64,000 nt of DNA from Nitrospira sp. (GTDB lineage Bacteria > Nitrospirota > Nitrospiria > Nitrospirales > Nitrospiraceae). The notes under the pieces are model-generated. The model had not been told where the DNA came from and did no database searches. It saw only the letters and a list, made by a program, of their open reading frames with translations. The stretch is taken from assembly GCA_047150005.1 (NCBI GenBank), contig AP038806.1, positions 1,216,001-1,280,000 on the forward strand, given 5' to 3'. The position numbers were made by a program, and so were the translations under genes. Each line of letters starts with the position of its first letter. The stretch's first letter is position 1. Below, piece after piece: positions 59,040-64,000 of the stretch.

Positions 59040-60593
59040 TCACTCAGAGCGACTTTCTCGGACATTCGAACCGATCAGGAGATCATACGGCGCATAATCG
59101 TCCGTGAATATTTCTCCCGGCCCCCAGGGCTCGGATCGGCGGGTACTCAGGAGAGCGATCGATTCCGAAGGAAGACGTTGGTGCTCAGCCATGGCTACGA
59201 CTTTGGCAGCCAAATCTTCCGCAGGTTGACTCTCAATAGGCAGACCGGCGAAAAAAATAAGATTCTCAGCCTTCCTCAGTGATGGCCATGGACCTTTGAC
59301 CGCATAGGTCTGGATCGTTGGAAATGACTCTCTCATACTCTGTACCACCGCCCGGGCCCTGAGGAGATCCGCTTCCTCTCCCGAGGAGGCCAGATTCACC
59401 GCCAATACCCCCTTGGGTTTCAGGTGCGCGCGCAGCTCCGAGAAAAATTCCTTGGTGGTTAGGTGGAAGGGGATCATATGGCGGGCGAACGCATCCACCC
59501 AGATCAGGTCGTAGACCTCCTTCGTACCGTTCAGGAACACCCGAGCATCTCGGGCATAGACATGGTGTTGAGACGGCGCCTGATACGCGAAAAACTCCTC
59601 GGCCATCCGCACCACGACGGGGTCGAACTCCACCACGTCCAGTTCCAATTCGGGCCATCCATGAGCCAGCCACTTGGCGAAGGATCCGCCGCCGTGGCCG
59701 AAAATCAAGCCTCGCTTCGGCTCGGGCACCCAGGCCAAGGAGGCCACCATCAACTGGCTATAAGGAAGGAACAGCGTGATCGGTTCGGCCTTCCACATGA
59801 CGGCGTGAAACGTTCGATCGAGTATCAGGTAGCGGAAAAGATCGTCGTCTCGAATGCGGACCTGTTGGTAGGGGCTGTCCTCCTGGTAAACCGGGGTCTT
59901 GAGCATCTCGACCGGATTGATCGCGCCGACTCCAAGTCCGCCCATGGCCAGCGCTAACACCCCGACGACGAGCGACCCCGTAGCCGTGCCCTTGAGCAAC
60001 CACCAGAACCCGAGCCCGACTTGAATGACGCCCAGCCACCCGACAAGCGCATGACTCCCGATCCAGGACAGGAAAAAAAAGGCGGTCCCCCAGGTTCCCG
60101 CCAAACTTCCTACGGTCGACAATGCGATCATGCGGCCCGTGTGACGACCAAGATAGTTGAGATCGGACACCGCCAATCGCAACATCGCCGGCAGCACCCC
60201 GCTGAGTCCGAACGCAGGAGGCGCAAGCAGCAGTCCAGCCGCAGCGCAGGGTCCCCAGCGGGGATCCTCGATCGTTGCCGCTACTTTGAATAACACCGGC
60301 TGACTCAGCCAAGCGATCAGAAAGGTCCATGCACCGGAAAACAACAGCAGGCAGGCCAAGACTCTCGCGCCCGGGTATCGGTCGGACATCCAGCCTCCGA
60401 AAGCATACCCACTGCTCATGGCAGCGAGAATGACTCCGATCAGCGCTCCCCAGACGAACAGCGAATTGCCGAAGACCGGTGCCAGCAAACGGCTGCCGAG
60501 TATCTCCAGCGCCATGACGACGGCGCCAGTGACAAAGGCGGTGAGTAGTAGGAACCAGCGAGGGGTGTGAGAGGAGTTATGCGACGAGTTCAT
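59040..60593 (-). CDS. Fused membrane domain / spermidine-synthase-like SAM-dependent methyltransferase
   Basis: VMALEILGSRLLAPVFG TM domain; SPYQ, FGHGGG, VVEFDP, VDAF, P.HLTTKEF, TDDYAP. Confidence 0.85.
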   Translation of the reverse strand: MNSSHNSSHTPRWFLLLTAFVTGAVVMALEILGSRLLAPVFGNSLFVWGALIGVILAAMSSGYAFGGWMSDRYPGARVLACLLLFSGAWTFLIAWLSQPVLFKVAATIEDPRWGPCAAAGLLLAPPAFGLSGVLPAMLRLAVSDLNYLGRHTGRMIALSTVGSLAGTWGTAFFFLSWIGSHALVGWLGVIQVGLGFWWLLKGTATGSLVVGVLALAMGGLGVGAINPVEMLKTPVYQEDSPYQQVRIRDDDLFRYLILDRTFHAVMWKAEPITLFLPYSQLMVASLAWVPEPKRGLIFGHGGGSFAKWLAHGWPELELDVVEFDPVVVRMAEEFFAYQAPSQHHVYARDARVFLNGTKEVYDLIWVDAFARHMIPFHLTTKEFFSELRAHLKPKGVLAVNLASSGEEADLLRARAVVQSMRESFPTIQTYAVKGPWPSLRKAENLIFFAGLPIESQPAEDLAAKVVAMAEHQRLPSESIALLSTRRSEPWGPGEIFTDDYAPYDLLIGSNVRESRSE

Positions 60594-60802
60594 GCCGAAT
60601 ATTCAACGGACGAAAGGAGAATGGCATCGGTCTTCTTAGCTTTTCGAATGGAGGGCGCTCATACTACGCAGAGCCGCCCAAAGCTGTCAATGAATCGCCT
60701 GCCTGTCGCTGGACGGCTGACTTTCTGGCATACGTTGCCCGTTCGCAGGAAGAAAGTTATACTCCACTTCGGTTTAGAGTCACCGCTGACAGAGGAGAGA
60801 AT

Positions 60803-62137
60803 ATGCAGATCAGTGTTATCGGAACGGGATACGTCGGGCTGGTCACCGGAGCCTGCTTCGCCGAATTCGGCGTCAACGTCCTGTGCATGGACACGGACGC
60901 AAAACGGATCGCTCGGCTCGAGAAGGGCGACGTGCCGTTCTATGAACCAGGCATCACCGAACTCGTCGCCAAGGGAATCAGCCAGAGCCGATTGAGTTTT
61001 ACGGCCGATCTGACACGAGCTGTTGATCATGGGCAGGTCATCTTCATCGCCGTAGGCACCCCCCCGAAACAGGACGGATCGGCCGATCTTTCTTATGTCG
61101 AAGAGGTCGGTCGAGGCATCGCTCGGACCATGACGTCATACAAGGTCATCGTGACGAAATCGACCGTCCCCGTCGGCACGGGAGAGTTGCTGAAGAAGGT
61201 GATCAGCGCGAACCAGCCCAAAAAGGTCTTGTTCGACGTGGCCTCGAACCCAGAATTCCTCCGGGAAGGATCAGCCATCGAGGATTTCATGCGTCCCAAC
61301 CGGGTGGTCATCGGCGCCGAGAGCGAGCAAGCGGCGAGCGTGATGAAGGATCTGTATCGGCCCCTCTATCTGATCGAGACCCCTTTCGTCGTCACCGATG
61401 TTCCGACCGCGGAAATGATCAAATACGCTTCTAACGCCTTCCTGGCGACAAAAATCTCATTCATCAATGAAATCGCCACCCTGTGTGAGCGGGTCGGAGC
61501 CGATGTCCAGATGGTGTCGAAAGGAATGGGCTTGGATCACCGCATCGGGTCCAAGTTCCTGCACGCCGGCCCCGGATTCGGGGGATCCTGTTTTCCCAAA
61601 GACCTGGCCGCGCTGGTGCAGATGGGAGACCGAGCCGGTTATCCGATGCAGATTGCCCAAGCAGCCGCCATGGTCAATTCGCAGCAACGGGAACGCATGA
61701 TCGAAAAAATCACGGCTGCGCTCGGCAAGACCAAAGGTTCGACCATCGCCATGCTCGGGCTTTCCTTCAAGCCGAACACCAACGATCTGCGCGAGGCGCC
61801 GGCGCTGGCCATCGCCCAGGTACTGATGCAATCCGGAGCCGGCCTGCGCGGCTACGACCCGGCCTCGCTCGAAGAAGCGGCGCAAACGCTGCCGGGTATG
61901 ATTGCCTGCAAGGATCCTTATGACGCGGCGACCGGAGCGGACGCGCTGATTTTGATGACTGAATGGAATGAGTTCAGGAATCTCGACTTCGTGAAACTGA
62001 AGACCATCATGCGGAAACCGGTGCTCATCGATCTCCGCAATGTCTATGAGTCGAGCCGGGTCACGAGCTTTGGATTCCACCACATTTCGGTCGGACGAGC
62101 ACCCAAGAACCCCGCTGTCCAGGCGAATAACGGCTAG
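60803..62137 (+). CDS. ugd: UDP-glucose 6-dehydrogenase
   Basis: GTGYVG, KSTVPVG, SNPEFLREG, GFGGSCFPKD, FKPNTND.RE. Confidence 0.95.
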   Translation: MQISVIGTGYVGLVTGACFAEFGVNVLCMDTDAKRIARLEKGDVPFYEPGITELVAKGISQSRLSFTADLTRAVDHGQVIFIAVGTPPKQDGSADLSYVEEVGRGIARTMTSYKVIVTKSTVPVGTGELLKKVISANQPKKVLFDVASNPEFLREGSAIEDFMRPNRVVIGAESEQAASVMKDLYRPLYLIETPFVVTDVPTAEMIKYASNAFLATKISFINEIATLCERVGADVQMVSKGMGLDHRIGSKFLHAGPGFGGSCFPKDLAALVQMGDRAGYPMQIAQAAAMVNSQQRERMIEKITAALGKTKGSTIAMLGLSFKPNTNDLREAPALAIAQVLMQSGAGLRGYDPASLEEAAQTLPGMIACKDPYDAATGADALILMTEWNEFRNLDFVKLKTIMRKPVLIDLRNVYESSRVTSFGFHHISVGRAPKNPAVQANNG

Positions 62138-62841
62138 GTGAGGCGGGGCACCTCGGCCTTCTCCTCTTCCTTCGCTTTCGGCTTGTATCCCATTCGATCC
62201 AACACCTTCAAGATGCGCGTTTTCAACCGATCGTCGGCCTCCGCCAGTGCGGTGGCCAGCGGCTCGACCGCCGGTTTGCCGATCTTGCGTATGATCTCCG
62301 TCACGGACTGGCGCAGCTCATCTTCTTCGGAGACGAGCAGCGGCACGAGCGAAGAGACCGCCACCCCTCCGATCTTGATCAGCGAATCATAGGCACGCTG
62401 CCGGACATCCCCGACCTCGTCGGTCAAGGCGTCCACCAGAGGCCTGACCGCCCGTGCCTCCTTCAACTCTCCCAACACCTCCGCTGCATACTTTCTGTTG
62501 AGCCAATGGGTGTCCTTCAGATCGAGCAGCATGGCGTCCGCGCGGGCCGCGGTGGGATCTTTCGGGCGGATGCGAAAGCTCTTCGCGACACGCCGGCCGC
62601 CTTCTTCGATGACGCGGATCGTGGCGCCGTCTCCGACCTTCAGCTGCTTGAGTTCTTCCAGCGCCTCCTCGTCGATGTCCAGAAGCACGGTCTTGCCGTC
62701 ATAGGCCAACAGCTCCACTTCGACCTGTTTGGCCTCGGGATTGACCGCGACGACCCGTTCCGTGACGAGATTGAACCCGTCCTTTTTGGCCCCACCCTTG
62801 GGACCGATCTGAATCAATTTCACCGGAGCTTCATCCGCCAT
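62134..62841 (-). CDS. HEAT-repeat protein with an N-terminal small beta-barrel-like domain
   Basis: L.D..W..RKYAAEVLG and LTD...DVRQRA repeats after a roughly 95-aa beta-rich N-terminus. Confidence 0.8.
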   Translation of the reverse strand: MADEAPVKLIQIGPKGGAKKDGFNLVTERVVAVNPEAKQVEVELLAYDGKTVLLDIDEEALEELKQLKVGDGATIRVIEEGGRRVAKSFRIRPKDPTAARADAMLLDLKDTHWLNRKYAAEVLGELKEARAVRPLVDALTDEVGDVRQRAYDSLIKIGGVAVSSLVPLLVSEEDELRQSVTEIIRKIGKPAVEPLATALAEADDRLKTRILKVLDRMGYKPKAKEEEKAEVPRLT

Positions 62842-62920
62842 GATGTATATCCTTTACTCGGGGGTGGAGGTTCACAGATTGTCCAGCACATCTGCCTCGT
62901 CGAGGGTGACCCGGCACGGG

Positions 62921-63685
62921 CTAGGAAACCGATTTCCATCCCAGGCTTGCCAGTACCCCTTCCACGGTTTCTTGCACCATCGTATTTTCGTCTTCGAGCA
63001 GAGGAAGCAACGGGTCGATCGCCTGTTTCGCCCCCAATCGCGCAAGCGATTCCGCTGCATTCCTCCGCACCAACCAGTCTTCGTCCTTCAACGACTCGAT
63101 CAGGGGGTCAACTCCCCGCTGATCACCGATCTTGCCCAACGCTTCGGCCGCATGACGCCGCACCATCCAATTGTTGCCCAGCAAGCCCTCGATGAGCGCG
63201 TCCACCGCCCTCGAATCCCCGATCTTCTTCAGGACACGCGCGACATCTTCCCGCAGCGTGCCGTCCGTGAGCGCGTCCACCAAGCCCGGAACCGCGCGGG
63301 AATCACCGATGCGCTCGAGCGCCCACACCGCGGCCGTCCGGACGGCGCCATCCTTGTCCTTGAGCGCCTTCACCAAGGGTTCGACGCCGCGGGGATCTTT
63401 CAGTTTGCCCAGTCCCGAAGCCGCCTGCTCTCGAATCGCCCATTCGTCGTCCTCCACCGCCTCGATCAGTCGCTCGACGGCGGCTGGTCCGATCCGAACC
63501 ACCGCGGTCGTGGCGGCCTCCCGAATCAACACGTCTTCGTCGGCCATGAGTCCGATCAACGGACCGATCGCCTCCTCTCCCACCTGGCTCAAGCTCGCGA
63601 TCGCGTGGTCCCTCAGCGCCTCGTTGTCGTCCCGCAACGCGCTGATCAGTTGCTCGATCCGGTTCGGCTGTTCCCCGTCAGTCAT
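62921..63685 (-). CDS. HEAT (PBS-lyase/EZ-HEAT) repeat protein
   Basis: About seven L.D.DW.VR..AAEALGKIGD-type repeats. Confidence 0.9.
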   Translation of the reverse strand: MTDGEQPNRIEQLISALRDDNEALRDHAIASLSQVGEEAIGPLIGLMADEDVLIREAATTAVVRIGPAAVERLIEAVEDDEWAIREQAASGLGKLKDPRGVEPLVKALKDKDGAVRTAAVWALERIGDSRAVPGLVDALTDGTLREDVARVLKKIGDSRAVDALIEGLLGNNWMVRRHAAEALGKIGDQRGVDPLIESLKDEDWLVRRNAAESLARLGAKQAIDPLLPLLEDENTMVQETVEGVLASLGWKSVS

Positions 63686-64000
63686 GGCTCTGTCCTTCCT
63701 GGCCTTCGGCAGGTGCGGCGTTCAGCGCGTCCAGCTTGTCGGCGATCAACCCGGCATTGTACGCCACCAGACCGTCACGATCCGTCCGCAGTCGATCGAA
63801 GAGCTCCTTCTGAGGCCGCAAGACTTCGACGTCTTTGATTTTCGCGAGCGCCTCCATCGCATAGACGCGCAGAGGCCTGATCGGAATGGCTTCCAGATAC
63901 AGGGCCGTGGGACGGGCGTCACCGATGAGCCCGAGGGCCTTGATGGCCAGCTCTTTCACGCCCGTATCCTTGTCGTGCTGGAGCCGCCGCATCAGGGGCT
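63678..64000 (-). CDS. HEAT-repeat protein, 3' part (5' end beyond the window)
   Basis: DKDTGVKELAIKALGLIGD; overlaps the start of the next HEAT gene. Confidence 0.75.
   Translation of the reverse strand, partial: PLMRRLQHDKDTGVKELAIKALGLIGDARPTALYLEAIPIRPLRVYAMEALAKIKDVEVLRPQKELFDRLRTDRDGLVAYNAGLIADKLDALNAAPAEGQEGQSHD

Noticed and set aside
60726..60738. TGGCATACGTTGC upstream of ugd as a sigma54 promoter
   Set aside because: The GG-to-GC spacing is 8 nt, not the required 10.
62921..63685. Periodic DNA similarity that could suggest a repeat array or CRISPR
   Set aside because: Explained by protein-level HEAT repeats; no identical repeats with spacers and no cas genes.

Overview
Bacterial chromosomal window, mostly on the minus strand. 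Gene content, gene order and protein style point to a Nitrospira-like (Nitrospirota) genome; this is my inference and no search was run. Core blocks: phoH-ybeY-ftsY; surE-dedA-cysS-rlmB; ihfA-merR-tRNA-Pro(GGG); alaC-hom-thrC-(apgM-like)-lysC-cimA; pdxJ-nnr-tsaE-lapA-mutS; rimP-nusA-infB-DUF503-rbfA-truB-rpsO-pnp-M16 peptidase; ugd. The main accessory-looking region (about 8.1-24.1 kb) is a type IV filament locus. It holds pilD and two consecutive minor-pilin cassettes: an atypical FimT/PilV/PilW/PilX-like set followed by a PilB/GspE ATPase, and a canonical FimT-PilV-PilW-PilX-PilY1 set followed by an Ig-repeat lipoprotein. Each cassette has a sigma54-type promoter candidate. Other leads: a structured, terminator-ended RNA between tRNA-Pro and surE; a small beta-barrel-like motif shared by two secreted hypotheticals and a HEAT-repeat protein; a nitrosocyanin-like cupredoxin with a thrice-repeated leader motif; and an ApgM-like protein lacking its metal ligands in a threonine operon that has no thrB. 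I saw no CRISPR array, transposase, integrase or rRNA. Start codons were adjusted by eye from RBS and homology cues and are approximate.
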